DNA of 64,000 nucleotides from contig CBDCDZ010000004.1 of assembly GCA_965215565.1 (NCBI GenBank), positions 992,001 to 1,056,000 of the forward strand. The letters are read 5' to 3'. The translations under genes and the position numbers were made by a program. This stretch comes from Trueperaceae bacterium. GTDB taxonomy: Bacteria; Deinococcota; Deinococci; Deinococcales; Trueperaceae. Position 1 is the stretch's first letter. Every line of letters begins with the position of its first letter. Of the stretch, positions 20,107-30,365 are shown piece after piece. Under the pieces are notes generated by a model that was not told where the DNA came from, did no database searches, and saw only the letters and a list, made by a program, of their open reading frames with translations.

Positions 20107-20209
20107 GCAGGTATTATCTATAGAATGTGCGCGCTAAAGTAATGCGTTCTCGAGCGAGAGCATTTGTGACCAGATAAGGTTCCACTAGCCTAGCGGCTGA
20201 GACCTGCTA
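20107..20209 (-). repeat. TAGCAG element, copy C (3'-truncated, extra hairpin)
   Basis: Reverse strand TAGCAGGTC...ATCTGGTCA...TAGCGCGCACATTC...GATAATACCTGC. Confidence 0.75.
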
Positions 20210-20443
20210 GTGATACCTACCTTCTGATTGTAGGATGCGGCAACGTCGTCTTCTCCAAACCTTCATAGCATTAGTGAAGAATTTACTTTATGACTACCAG
20301 ACCCTATTTCAGTGACGCTCGCGCAATTTTAGCGCTGAGGGTGCGCTTTCTCAACATGGACGTCGAAGCTGGACTCGCTGAGATACATTTGAGACACGTT
20401 GTAGTCAGATGATTCCTGCCTGTCCCTGTCCCCCGGAGGTGAC

Positions 20444-21313
20444 ATGACCTTAGAGCAAGCTGTCGAGCACTGCACCGAACTGACAAAAGTACATTCGAGT
20501 ACTTTTTATATGGGCTCGAGGCTCTTTCCAAACGCTCAGCGCCGCGCCGTGAGCGTGATTTACGCCGTGTGTCGCAGTGGGGACGACGCTGTAGACGAAG
20601 CTGCAACAACCGAAGCGGGGCGGGAGCGCTTAGAACGCTGGTGGGAACACGTGTCGCGGGCGTATGCGGGGACCCCTCGAGGTGACGAACCCTTGGAAAT
20701 CGGGCTCGCGTGGGTGCTGGAAAACCACGACGTGCCCAAGAGCGCCTTTGATGAGCTTTATCTGGGGCTGAGGTCCGACCTAGGGCACAACCCTTGCTAT
20801 GAAACGATGGACGAGTTGATGCTCTACTGCCGCCGCGTGGCGGGCGTGGTTGGGCTGCTCATCGCGCCGATTCCGGGCTACCGAGGCGGCGACGAGACGC
20901 TAAAGTGCGCTGTCGCGCTCGGTCAAGCGATGCAACTCACGAACATCTTGCGCGACGTAGGCGAAGACTTAGCGATGGAGCGCTGCTACATTCCGAACGA
21001 ACTGCTTAATAAATACAACGTCGCTTTAGGAGATCTCCGCGACGGTGAGGTGAGTGAGGGCTACGTGGCACTTTTAGAGGAACTCTTCGACTTAACGCAC
21101 ACGCTCTACCGCCAAGGTTGGCAAGGGATTCCTAAACTCAAGGGGTTCTCGGCGACGGCGGTGGGCGTAGCCGCTCTAAACTACGAAGGCATCTTGCGCA
21201 AAGTCAAACAGAACCACTACGACAACCTGACACGGCGGGCATACCTCAAGCCGGTGGAGCGGATTGTGCTGATACCGAGAGCGGTGGCGGGGGTGTATGG
21301 GGGTTTTCTGTAA
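20444..21313 (+). CDS. crtB: Phytoene synthase
   Basis: HSSTFY, DDAVD, YCRRVAGVVG, QLTNILRDVGED. Confidence 0.9.
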   Translation: MTLEQAVEHCTELTKVHSSTFYMGSRLFPNAQRRAVSVIYAVCRSGDDAVDEAATTEAGRERLERWWEHVSRAYAGTPRGDEPLEIGLAWVLENHDVPKSAFDELYLGLRSDLGHNPCYETMDELMLYCRRVAGVVGLLIAPIPGYRGGDETLKCAVALGQAMQLTNILRDVGEDLAMERCYIPNELLNKYNVALGDLRDGEVSEGYVALLEELFDLTHTLYRQGWQGIPKLKGFSATAVGVAALNYEGILRKVKQNHYDNLTRRAYLKPVERIVLIPRAVAGVYGGFL

Positions 21314-21322
21314 AAAAGCGAT

Positions 21323-21571
21323 CTATTTTGGATGAGAGATGATGTCGAGAATAATGACTACATCATCCTCAATGAGGAAGTAGAAGCGGTAGTTTCGGTC
21401 TATGCGCCCCTGCCACACGTCCTTGCCACGCTGGGGAAACTTCTACGCGTTGAGTGAGGGGTGACGTAAATCCTCGAGCAAAAACCTTAACTGTTTATCC
21501 ACCTGTTTTTGAAGATGTGAATCCAAACCTTTGTAGTTCTTGAACGCTCGTCTGGTAAAGTCAAGCCTCAT
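21323..21571 (-). pseudogene. RelE/ParE-like toxin with an in-frame TAG
   Basis: MRLDFTRRAFKNYKGL...HPSLNA*KFPQRGKDVWQGRIDRNYRFYF...HPK; internal stop at 21443..21445; absent from the ORF track. Confidence 0.8.
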
Positions 21572-21616
21572 AATAGGGCAATTCTTACGCTTCCTCGACT
21601 AAGATAACGATTACAG

Positions 21617-21871
21617 TTAGGAAGTTTTCAGATGTTCCTTAAAGGCTTCTACGCTGTCAAAAGGTCCAACTGTCTCGCCCGCTTCAACCTCGTCTAATGC
21701 TTCGTCTAATGCAGCAATGCTCTCACGATCTAAAACAATTTTGGGTGTGAAGATGAGTTTGCCATCTTGCACCTCAATCTCGAGCATATCTCCTTCCTCT
21801 AGCTCGAGAGCGTTTCTGATTCCGGTTGGGATAGTAACCTGATACTTACCCTTAATACGTACGAGCGCCAT
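21617..21871 (-). CDS. AbrB/MazE-family antitoxin
   Basis: KYQVTIPTGIRNAL...GDMLE; TATAAT and GGAGG upstream of ATG 21871. Confidence 0.85.
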   Translation of the reverse strand: MALVRIKGKYQVTIPTGIRNALELEEGDMLEIEVQDGKLIFTPKIVLDRESIAALDEALDEVEAGETVGPFDSVEAFKEHLKTS

Positions 21872-21929
21872 ACAAACCTCCGACTTTCCAACATTATACT
21901 TGAGGTTCGAACGCATTAGCTCGTCTGAT

Positions 21930-23165
21930 TTACCGCCGTTTGAAGCGGGCGATGTAAAACCCGTCCAACCCATCAAGCGGCAAGATATAAGACCCCTCTG
22001 AAGTATTTTCAGACGGCAAGTCGAACAGAAAAGACTCGGCGCTAAAGCCGGGGTGATTCGCCAAAAACCACTCGGTCATCCCCTGCCCTTCAGCGTGGGT
22101 GAGCGCGCACACCGCGTAGACGAGGATGCCGCCGGGCGCGGTAAGTTGAGCCGCCGTGTCCAGCAAGTTGCGTTGCAGCGCGGTGAGGTCTTTCACGCTC
22201 TCGGGAGTAACCTTCGTGCGGAGTTCGGGGTTACCGCGCAATGTACCCGTCCCGGTGCAAGGTGCGTCGAGCAGGACTTTCTGCGCAGGTGGAACGTCGG
22301 GGACGGTTCTCAGGTCATGCTCCAACCCCTCCCCCACTAACCCAAGCCGCGCAAAGTTCTTCTCTGCTCTTTCGAGCTTGTCCGCATGAAGCTCAATACT
22401 CAAGGGACACGCCCCCGCCGCCGCGAGCTGCGCCGCTTTGATTCCATTGCCGCTAGCGAGGTCCAAGACGCGCTCGCCGCGCTCCGCTTCTAAGAGGCGC
22501 ACGGGCAGCGTCGAAGCGGGATTTTGCGGCTGCACCCAACCGCGCTTGTAGGCGCTGAGTTCAGCGAGGGGTCTACTTGGGCGCACCGCCAGCGTACCGT
22601 CCACTTGACCGAGGGTGACTTCGCAACCCTCTTCGATAAGCGAATGCGTCGCTTGAGGATGATACGAGGTGAGCCAGAGGGGTTCGGGCGTGAGCATCCC
22701 CTGCGCCACCGCTTCCGCCCGCTGTGCGCCGAAGAGGTCTTCCCACTGCGCAAAGAGCCAGTCGGGGACGCCGTAGCGGGTAGCGAGAGGTAGCTCGAGC
22801 GGTTCAACCTTGCGCAGCACGGCGTTGACCAAACCGGAGAGCTTTTTGGAGCGTTTCTTGACGACCTCCACCCACTCGTTCACAGCGGCGCGGCGCGGCG
22901 TCTCTCTGTAGAGAATTTCGTACGCACCCAACCTCAAAGCGTCGCGCACCTCTAAAGGGAGTTTGTCGGGGCGCTCAAGATAGGGCGCGAGACACGCATC
23001 TAAAGCAAGCTCATACCGCAAGGTTCCGTAAACCAAGCTCGTCACGAAGCCTCTGTCTTGGGCGCTGAGCGAAGAGGTCTCTAAGGCTACATTTAAGGTA
23101 GGCGCAGAGAAAGCGCCGCGGTGGACGCGGCGCAGGGTCTCTAAAGCTGTCTGTCTAGCGGTGAT
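21930..23165 (-). CDS. rsmB: RsmB/Sun-like 16S rRNA m5C methyltransferase with NusB-like N-terminus; probable ATC start
   Basis: LVYGTLR, AAVNEWV, LVNAVLR, LDAPCTGTG, DGFYIA; frame open upstream of 23045 to (I)TARQTALE at 23165. Confidence 0.85.
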   Translation of the reverse strand: MTARQTALETLRRVHRGAFSAPTLNVALETSSLSAQDRGFVTSLVYGTLRYELALDACLAPYLERPDKLPLEVRDALRLGAYEILYRETPRRAAVNEWVEVVKKRSKKLSGLVNAVLRKVEPLELPLATRYGVPDWLFAQWEDLFGAQRAEAVAQGMLTPEPLWLTSYHPQATHSLIEEGCEVTLGQVDGTLAVRPSRPLAELSAYKRGWVQPQNPASTLPVRLLEAERGERVLDLASGNGIKAAQLAAAGACPLSIELHADKLERAEKNFARLGLVGEGLEHDLRTVPDVPPAQKVLLDAPCTGTGTLRGNPELRTKVTPESVKDLTALQRNLLDTAAQLTAPGGILVYAVCALTHAEGQGMTEWFLANHPGFSAESFLFDLPSENTSEGSYILPLDGLDGFYIARFKRR

Positions 23166-23168
23166 AAC

Positions 23169-23825
23169 TTACCGGCGGCTCGCCAGGATGAAGTAGACGA
23201 GGTAAGCGATGGAGGTCGCGGCAGCAGCGACGTAGGTCATCGCGGCAGCGGTGAGCACGCTTCTCGCACCGCCTTGGTCGCGCGGAGTCACAATACCAAG
23301 CTCTTTAACTTGCACCAGAGCGCGTCTACTAGCGTCAAATTCAACAGGTAGGGTAACGAGGTGAAAGAGCACAGCGGCGCTAAAGAGGATGATACCAATC
23401 TGCAAGAGCCCACTAGCGCCAAGAATAAGCCCGAACATCGCGGCGTAAATGCCGAACTGCGAGCCGATATTTGCTGCGGGCGCGAGCGCCGAACGCCATA
23501 CGAGCGGCGAATACGACTTAGCGTGTTGAATCGCGTGACCGACCTCATGGGCTGCTACAGCCATACCTGCAACACTAGGGCGGTTGTAATTATCTTCTGA
23601 AAGGCGCACGACGCGCTTTGTGGGGTCATAGTGGTCACTTAGCTGCCCTGGCACTGACTCGACCTTGACGTTGTCAATGCCGTTCGCGCGCAAAATAGCT
23701 CTGGCGACCTCAGCCCCGGTTAGTCCGGAAGCATTTTGCACTTTGGACCACTTACCGTAGGTCATGCGCAGCCAACCACTGATAGCCAGTGACACGACAA
23801 AACCAACAATACCAATTAAAAGCAT
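23169..23825 (-). CDS. YugP-like membrane zinc metallopeptidase
   Basis: DHYDP, AAHEVGHAIQH, LPVEFDAS, AAAMTYVA. Confidence 0.9.
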   Translation of the reverse strand: MLLIGIVGFVVSLAISGWLRMTYGKWSKVQNASGLTGAEVARAILRANGIDNVKVESVPGQLSDHYDPTKRVVRLSEDNYNRPSVAGMAVAAHEVGHAIQHAKSYSPLVWRSALAPAANIGSQFGIYAAMFGLILGASGLLQIGIILFSAAVLFHLVTLPVEFDASRRALVQVKELGIVTPRDQGGARSVLTAAAMTYVAAAATSIAYLVYFILASRR

Positions 23826-24138
23826 ATTCCCTCCTGAGGATGTCTCTACCTAATGCTTATGATATAGGAGAGGAGCGCAGCAAGGTGTCCACTGCGCGTA
23901 TTTGAGTTAAGTATACTCAGATTTTCTTAAATCAGCGTGAGGGGCGCGACATCGTTAGAGCGACGGCGCAAGTTCTGGGGCGGCTAAAATCGCATCCTAT
24001 AGACGCTATCTACTAACGTATGCGCTCACAAGCGCTTTCTTTGTAGGACGGTGTTCGTGAGCAGAAGAGGCTCCGCTAGCCGACCCGCCAGGCTTCGCCT
24101 GAGAACGACCGAGACCCGCTGCAAACTCGAGGATGACC

Positions 24139-24414
24139 TTAATCATCCTCGAGTTGTTCGCTGCGCACCGTGAAACGCACGGCAGTGCGCTCCTCATTTT
24201 GCAGCTCGAGCTTGACGAACGAGGGCTGCGTGAAGAGGTCGAGTCCGTCGGGCTCGATGTAGCTTCTCGCGATAGCGATCGCCTTGACCGCCTGATTCAC
24301 AGCTTGCGGGCCGATCGCTTGCACCTCCACCTCCTGTTCGCTCCTTAAAAGTGCAGCGATGGCACCTGCGACAGAGTTGGGACGGGAGCTTCCCGAGACA
24401 CGTAGAGTTTCGAT
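24139..24414 (-). CDS. spoVS: Stage V sporulation protein S family; ATC start
   Basis: (I)ETLRVSGSSRPNSVAGAIA...QAIGPQAVNQAVKAIAIAR; AAGGAGGT 6 nt before ATC. Confidence 0.92.
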   Translation of the reverse strand: METLRVSGSSRPNSVAGAIAALLRSEQEVEVQAIGPQAVNQAVKAIAIARSYIEPDGLDLFTQPSFVKLELQNEERTAVRFTVRSEQLEDD

Positions 24415-24705
24415 AGCGGAACCTCCTTAAACCGAGCAAACGGTCCTTACGCCAAGATACCCAGGGGGACAACTGGGAAGAATTAGAGGAAGCAAGAGTT
24501 GACGAAATGTAACACCCGCCCCTTCTAACGTCACTTGTAACACAAAAATGAACCGCAAGGCGGAATGTGGTAGCGCACTGCTACTCACACTGCCACCTAT
24601 GCGCGCGTGACTCAATCCTATCTGGATATATTTGGCAGACTGGAAAACTCTATTCATGGTTCAAAGTGTAGCTTCAACGTGCGGCTTTTCGCATCACGAC
24701 GCTGC

Positions 24706-24734
24706 TTGACAGCCTCCTTCCCCCTTTGTATACT
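24706..24734 (+). promoter_or_regulatory. Sigma70-type promoter of the ilv leader
   Basis: TTGACA-17 nt-TATACT. Confidence 0.8.
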
Positions 24735-24742
24735 CCGTTCAG

Positions 24743-24850
24743 ATGTTCCATGTCCACTTCACATTTGCGTCTCCTACGAAATTAGCTGCACGGTCATTCG
24801 TTACCGCTACGAAGGGCGTTCTAATTCTAGGAAGTTGGGGCGTCGTTTAG
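24743..24850 (+). CDS. Putative ilv attenuator leader peptide (35 aa)
   Basis: MFHVHFTFASPTKLAARSFVTATKGVLILGSWGVV*; Val-Leu-Ile-Leu cluster just before the antiterminator. Confidence 0.65.
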   Translation: MFHVHFTFASPTKLAARSFVTATKGVLILGSWGVV

Positions 24851-24868
24851 CGTTTTTTAGACCGACGT

Positions 24869-24902
24869 TGCCCCGCCGAAATCCCTTCGGCGGGGCATTT
24901 TT
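24869..24902 (+). terminator. ilv attenuator terminator
   Basis: TGCCCCGCCGAA/TTCGGCGGGGCA plus T tract, upstream of ilvB. Confidence 0.85.
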
Positions 24903-25006
24903 ATTGGGCGTACCCGCGTCAGTTTAGGCGTAAGTTGATTTAGGCGTATCGGTTAGACTGAGTTTAAGACAGGGGCTCAACGCTCGCGAGCCTACAAGGA
25001 GGAAAG

Positions 25007-26698
25007 ATGAACGGTGCAGCAGCATTACTCGAGGCGCTCACGCGCGAGGGCGTCCATACCGTCTTCGGGCATCCGGGGGGCGCAATCATGCCCACCTACG
25101 ACGCGCTTTACGATTCACCCATCAAGCACGTTTTGGTACGCCACGAACAAGCCGGGGCGCACGCCGCCGATGCGTACTACCGGGCGAGCGGCAGAGTCGG
25201 CGTCTGTTTCGCGACTTCTGGACCCGGCGCGACGAACCTCGTTACAGGCTTAGCGACGGCGCACATGGACTCCTCTGCCGTCGTCGCAGTCACGGGCAAC
25301 GTTCCCTCCTCGCTCATCGGCACGGACGCCTTTCAAGAGGCGGACGTCTACGGCATCACTGGGCCGATCACCAAGCACAACTATCTCGTCAAAGAGGTCA
25401 ACGACATCCCTAAAGTTGTCAAAGAAGCCTTTCACATCGCCTCCACCGGACGTCCCGGACCCGTGCTGATCGACATTCCCAAAGATATTCAGCAAGCCGA
25501 GTTCACCGGACACTTCAATCACGAGGTTGACCTGCCGGGATACAAGCCCACTGTTACCGGGCATAAAGGTCAAATTAAACGCGCCGCCAAAGCGATTAAA
25601 GCCGCCAAAAAACCGATCATGATGGTGGGCGGCGGCGGGCAAGTCGCCTCGCAAGTCGTGGCGGACTTCGCTTCGAAGACGAACATTCCGGTCATCACCA
25701 CCCTCATGGGCATCGGCGCGTACCCCGCCGGCATGGAGAACGCCCTCGGAATGCCAGGGATGCACGGCACCGTTACGGCGAACCGCGCCATCACCCACTG
25801 CGACCTCATCATCGGCGCGGGTTTGCGTTTCGACGACCGCGTGACAGGCAAAATAAGCCGCTTCGCGCCGAACGCAACGATCGTCCATATCGACATCGAC
25901 CCCGCCGAGATTTCCAAGCTCGTCAAGGCGCACGTGCCCGTCGTGGGCGACTTGCGCGATGTGCTGCCGCGCTTGGGGGAGCTTTTGGATGAACTCGACA
26001 TCCCCGAGTGGTGGGAAACGCTCCGCGAGTGGAAAGGGATGTATTACGAGCGCTACAAAAAAGAGAAGCCTTTAGTCTCCCAAGAGGTCATCCAGATGCT
26101 CCAGCGCGAGACGGGCGGCGACTGCGTCGTGACTACTGAAGTCGGGCAGCACCAGATGTTCGCCGCGCGCCTCTTCCCCACTAACAAGCCGCGCACCTGG
26201 CTCACCTCGGGCGGTCTAGGGACGATGGGTTTTGGGCTGCCCGCCGCCATCGGCGCGGCGTTCGCGCGTCCCGGCGAGCAAGTGGTCTGCGTCGCAGGCG
26301 ACGGCTCCGTGCAGATGAACATTCAAGAACTCGCGACGATTTACAAGCACCAACTCCCCATCATCATCGCCATCTGCAACAACGGGATGCTCGGCATGGT
26401 GCGGCAGTGGCAGGAGATGTTCCACGCGCAGCGCTACAGCGAGGTCTTCTTGGCTGACTCCAACCCCGACTTCGCCAAGCTCGCGGAAGCCTACGGGATT
26501 GACGGCTACAACATCTTCGATAGAGAAGAAGCCGCGCGGCTCATCCCCGAAGTCTTAGCGAAGGGCAAACCAGCGGTGATGAACTTCGTCGTGTACGAAG
26601 CCGAAAAGGTCTTCCCGATGATTCCGGCGGGTGCGGGTGTGGACCAGATGCTTTTAGGCGATCAAGATCCCGAAGAACTTGAAGAGGTTAGGGCGTGA
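25007..26698 (+). CDS. ilvB: Acetolactate synthase large subunit
   Basis: GHPGGA, RHEQ, TSGPGATN, GDGS TPP motif, GMVRQWQ. Confidence 0.97.
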   Translation: MNGAAALLEALTREGVHTVFGHPGGAIMPTYDALYDSPIKHVLVRHEQAGAHAADAYYRASGRVGVCFATSGPGATNLVTGLATAHMDSSAVVAVTGNVPSSLIGTDAFQEADVYGITGPITKHNYLVKEVNDIPKVVKEAFHIASTGRPGPVLIDIPKDIQQAEFTGHFNHEVDLPGYKPTVTGHKGQIKRAAKAIKAAKKPIMMVGGGGQVASQVVADFASKTNIPVITTLMGIGAYPAGMENALGMPGMHGTVTANRAITHCDLIIGAGLRFDDRVTGKISRFAPNATIVHIDIDPAEISKLVKAHVPVVGDLRDVLPRLGELLDELDIPEWWETLREWKGMYYERYKKEKPLVSQEVIQMLQRETGGDCVVTTEVGQHQMFAARLFPTNKPRTWLTSGGLGTMGFGLPAAIGAAFARPGEQVVCVAGDGSVQMNIQELATIYKHQLPIIIAICNNGMLGMVRQWQEMFHAQRYSEVFLADSNPDFAKLAEAYGIDGYNIFDREEAARLIPEVLAKGKPAVMNFVVYEAEKVFPMIPAGAGVDQMLLGDQDPEELEEVRA

Positions 26699-26830
26699 TG
26701 CAGACTCCGCTATATTCCGCATCACCGAGAAAGAGCTTCGGCGATGCTCCATACCACTCCGTCCGCACCTTCGTTCCTACTCGCTACGCTCGGATTGATC
26801 CGCGCATATTAGCGAATCAATCGGAATTTT
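26698..26830 (+). repeat. Deinococcus SRE-like small intergenic element
   Basis: GACTCCG...CGCTCGGATTGA...TCAATCGGAAT layout recalled from Deinococcus repeats; related short element at 52471..52538. Confidence 0.45.
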
Positions 26831-26831
26831 T

Positions 26832-27356
26832 ATGAGCACGCATAAGCACGTCATGAGCGTGACCGTGCGTGACAAGCCAGGCGTCTTGGTGCGCATCGCC
26901 AGCCTCTTCGCGCGGCGCGGCTTTAATATCGAGTCGCTCTCCGTTGCTCAATCTGAAACGCCAGGGATTTCTCGCACCACCTTCGTCGTTCGGGGTGAGG
27001 ACGACACCATCGAGCAGGTTGAGAAGCAGCTTCAGAAGCTCATCGAGGTCATTAAGGTTGTAGACCACTCTGAAGCCGCCTTCGTAGACCGCGAACTGAT
27101 GCTCCTCAAAGTCGCAGTCAAAACACCCGAAGACCGCGTGGACATCCGCCAGATGGCCCAAGACTTCCGCGCCCGCATCGTGGACGTGCACCGCGACGCC
27201 CTGACCTTTGAAATCACGGGCGACGAGGGCAAGATGGGCGCGTTCATCGAGCAGATGAGACCGTATGGCATCCTAGAACTCATCCGCACGGGACGCATTG
27301 CGCTGACGCGGAGCGCGGCGGACCCGAGATTACCGAAGCAGTTGGAAGTAGCTTAA
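26832..27356 (+). CDS. ilvN: Acetolactate synthase small subunit
   Basis: ACT domain DKPGVL...FARRGFNIESL; ELIRTG. Confidence 0.97.
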   Translation: MSTHKHVMSVTVRDKPGVLVRIASLFARRGFNIESLSVAQSETPGISRTTFVVRGEDDTIEQVEKQLQKLIEVIKVVDHSEAAFVDRELMLLKVAVKTPEDRVDIRQMAQDFRARIVDVHRDALTFEITGDEGKMGAFIEQMRPYGILELIRTGRIALTRSAADPRLPKQLEVA

Positions 27357-27357
27357 A

Positions 27358-27410
27358 GAGAAAAGGGATGAGAGGAAAGTAAAATTCTCCTTCCTCTCAT
27401 CCCTTTTCTC
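27358..27410. other. Long intergenic hairpin between ilvN and ilvC
   Basis: GAGAAAAGGGATGAGAGGAA/TTCCTCTCATCCCCTTTTCTC. Confidence 0.7.
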
Positions 27411-27454
27411 TTCCTTCACTAATTCAATCATCTTTACAGGAGACATCAAACATC

Positions 27455-28453
27455 ATGGCAAATATCTATTACGACAGCGACGCGAATCTAGAGCACCTAC
27501 AAGACAAGACTATCGCCATTATCGGCTACGGCTCGCAAGGGCACGCACATGCTTTGAACGCCAAAGACTCGGGCTGTGAGGTCGTCGTTGGCTTGCGCAA
27601 AGGCTCAGCGTCGTGGATGGAGGCGGAGGAACATGGCTTAAAGGTCATGGAGGTTGCCGAAGCCGCCAAAGCAGGCGACTTAGTGATGATTCTCCTGCCC
27701 GATGAGGTGCAGGGGCGCGTGTACGCGGAGCAGATTGCGCCAAACTTAGAAGCAGAGAACGCCCTCTTGTTCGCGCACGGCTTCAACATCCAATTCGGAC
27801 AGATCACGCCGCCTCATGAGGTGGATGTCTTCATGGTCGCGCCGAAAGGTCCGGGGCACTTAGTTCGTCGGACGTATACGGAAGGTGGCGGCGTGCCTTG
27901 CCTCATGGCAATTCAGCAGGACGCGACGGGCACGGCGAAGCAGCGGGCGCTTGCTTACGCTAAAGCGATTGGCGGAACAAAGGGCGGCGTTTTAGAGACC
28001 ACCTTCAAAGAGGAGACCGAAACCGACCTCTTCGGTGAACAAGCGGTCTTATGCGGCGGCGTTACCGAACTCATGCGCTCGGGCTTCGAGACGCTCGTCG
28101 AGGCGGGCTATCAGCCCGAAATCGCCTACTTCGAGTGCGTCCACGAGATGAAACTCATTGTGGACCTCATCTACGAGGGCGGCTTCGAGCGGATGCGCTA
28201 CAGCATCTCGAACACGGCGGAGTACGGCGACTACGTGACGGGTCCGCGCATGGTCACCGATGAGACCAGAGCCGAGATGAAGCGCGTCTTAAAAGAGATT
28301 CAGTCGGGCAAGTTTGCGCGGGAGTTTTTACTCGAGAACCAAGTCGGTCAGCCCACCTTAAAAGCGGGACGCAAAGCGACGGGTGAAACGCAAGTGGCGA
28401 GAGTCGGACAAGGCTTGCGGAAGATGATGCCGTTTATCAAAGGAAGCGATTAG
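27455..28453 (+). CDS. ilvC: Ketol-acid reductoisomerase
   Basis: [32 protein letters not shown]. Confidence 0.98.
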   Translation: MANIYYDSDANLEHLQDKTIAIIGYGSQGHAHALNAKDSGCEVVVGLRKGSASWMEAEEHGLKVMEVAEAAKAGDLVMILLPDEVQGRVYAEQIAPNLEAENALLFAHGFNIQFGQITPPHEVDVFMVAPKGPGHLVRRTYTEGGGVPCLMAIQQDATGTAKQRALAYAKAIGGTKGGVLETTFKEETETDLFGEQAVLCGGVTELMRSGFETLVEAGYQPEIAYFECVHEMKLIVDLIYEGGFERMRYSISNTAEYGDYVTGPRMVTDETRAEMKRVLKEIQSGKFAREFLLENQVGQPTLKAGRKATGETQVARVGQGLRKMMPFIKGSD

Positions 28454-28487
28454 CCGTTAGCTTTTAGGTATTAGCCAAGCCCTTGTT

Positions 28488-28612
28488 TGTCATTCTGAAC
28501 GTAGTGAAACGAAGTGAAGAATCTCTGCATTTGCTTCCTCCCCTGATTGAGATTGCAGGGCGAGACCCTTCACATTCGTAAGGCTACGCCAGACTTCGTG
28601 AACAGGGTGACA
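28488..28612. repeat. REP-like palindromic element (GTCATTCTGA...GAAGAATCT type)
   Basis: Terminal IR TGTCATTCTG/CAGGGTGACA; internal GTGAAGAATCTC/GAGACCCTTCAC. Confidence 0.6.
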
Positions 28613-28781
28613 TTCAAGTCCTTTCGGGTAAGAGGTTGTACGATGTTTGAAACGAAACAAGTCATGTGGCTCGAGTCGCTAGGACGCAGGCTCGGCAACA
28701 ACCAGCGACTATGCCTTTAGCTATTCACTCATCGCTCACCTCTTCAAACACCTAAACACCTCTTCTCGAAAGGACTCAAAC

Positions 28782-30362
28782 ATGGCTTACATCAACATCT
28801 TCGACACCACCCTCCGCGACGGCGAACAGTCTCCGGGCGTTGCGCTCAATACAGTGCAGAAGCTCGAGATCGCCCACGCCTTAGCCCGGCTCGGCGTGGA
28901 CATCATCGAGGCGGGCTTCCCCATCGCCAGCGACGGCGACTTCGACTGTGTTTATCAAATCGCCAAACAGGTCAAAGGCCCGGTCATCTGCGGCTTGGCG
29001 CGGACGCACAAGCTCGACATCGAACGGGCGGCGCAAGCCATCGAACCAGCGGAAAAGGGGCGGATTCACACCTTTACCAGTGCGTCGAAAGTTCACCTTG
29101 AATACATCCTCAAGAAGACGGAGGAGGAGGTGCTTACGTTGTCCGACGAGATGGTGCGCTACGCCAAGAGGTTTACCGACGACGTGGAGTTCTCCGCGCA
29201 GGACTGTATGCGGGCGAGCCCGGATTTTGTCTACAGACTTGTGCGCACCGCCATCGAAGCGGGCGCGACGACGGTCAACATCCCCGACACGACGGGCTAC
29301 GGTACGCCCGAGGAATACGGCGCACTCATCAAAAGTATCTTCGAGCACGTCCCCGAAGCGAAAGAGGTTGCGATTTCGACGCACTGCCACGACGACTTGG
29401 GGATGGCGGTGGCGAACTCCTTGGCTGCCGTCGAGAACGGCGCGACGCAGATTGAATGCACCATTAACGGCATCGGCGAAAGGGCGGGCAACACCTCTTT
29501 GGAAGAGTGCGTGATGGCACTCTATACGCGCAAAGACCACTACGGCGCGGACATCGGCATCCACACGCAGGAGATTTACAACGTCTCGAGACTCGTCCAA
29601 CGTCACACCGGGATGAGCGTCCCGCCGAACAAAGCCATCGTCGGCGATAACGCCTTTGCGCACGAATCCGGCATCCACCAAGACGGCGTTTTGAAGCACA
29701 AAGACACCTACGAAATCATGAACGCCGAACTCGTCGGGCGCGAGGCGGGCGTGCTGGTGATGGGCAAGCACTCCGGGCGGCACGCCTTCAAAAAGGCGCT
29801 CATGGACATGGGCTATGACTTGGAGAACGAAGTCCCCGACCACGGCATCAGCGCGGACTCGGTGGACGTTTTGTTCAAACGCTTCAAGGATTTGGCGGAC
29901 CGCAAAGGGGCGGTGGACGCGAACGACATCCGCGCGTTGGTTGAGAACGAAGTGATGAAGGTGGCGGAAACATATAAGCTCGAGCACGTCCAGTTCCAGT
30001 CCGGTACGGGCGGGATGACGCCCTCCGCGTTGGTGCGTCTCGGCACGCCCGAAGGCGTTATGGAAGAGACCTCTTTGGGGGACGGTCCCGTAGACGCCTC
30101 GTTCAAGGCGCTCGCTAAGCTGACGCCTATTCCTTTTAGCCTCGAGTCCTATGACCTCAAAGCCATCGGCAAAGGGACGGACGCGCTCGGTGAAGTCTCC
30201 ATTCGTGTAAATAGCGACGGGCAGATTGTGACGGGACGCGCGGTGTCTACCGATGTGGTTCACGCTTCGGTGCTCGCGTATGTGGACGTTTTGAACAAGT
30301 TGGCGGCGGGGATTGGGCGGAATAAGGAGGCGGCGAACCGGATTACGATGACAACGCCGTGA
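28782..30362 (+). CDS. leuA: 2-isopropylmalate synthase
   Basis: [37 protein letters not shown]. Confidence 0.97.
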   Translation: MAYINIFDTTLRDGEQSPGVALNTVQKLEIAHALARLGVDIIEAGFPIASDGDFDCVYQIAKQVKGPVICGLARTHKLDIERAAQAIEPAEKGRIHTFTSASKVHLEYILKKTEEEVLTLSDEMVRYAKRFTDDVEFSAQDCMRASPDFVYRLVRTAIEAGATTVNIPDTTGYGTPEEYGALIKSIFEHVPEAKEVAISTHCHDDLGMAVANSLAAVENGATQIECTINGIGERAGNTSLEECVMALYTRKDHYGADIGIHTQEIYNVSRLVQRHTGMSVPPNKAIVGDNAFAHESGIHQDGVLKHKDTYEIMNAELVGREAGVLVMGKHSGRHAFKKALMDMGYDLENEVPDHGISADSVDVLFKRFKDLADRKGAVDANDIRALVENEVMKVAETYKLEHVQFQSGTGGMTPSALVRLGTPEGVMEETSLGDGPVDASFKALAKLTPIPFSLESYDLKAIGKGTDALGEVSIRVNSDGQIVTGRAVSTDVVHASVLAYVDVLNKLAAGIGRNKEAANRITMTTP

Positions 30363-30365
30363 ATT

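Noticed and set aside
20291..20407. TGACTAC/GTAGTCA inverted repeat upstream of crtB
   Set aside because: A 7-bp IR alone can arise by chance; no further support.
24607..24927. 106-aa ORF or T-box upstream of ilvB
   Set aside because: The ORF overlaps the promoter and attenuator; no T-box consensus was seen, and the leader-peptide model fits better.
28643..28720. 25-codon ORF before leuA as a leu leader peptide
   Set aside because: No tandem Leu control codons and no downstream terminator.
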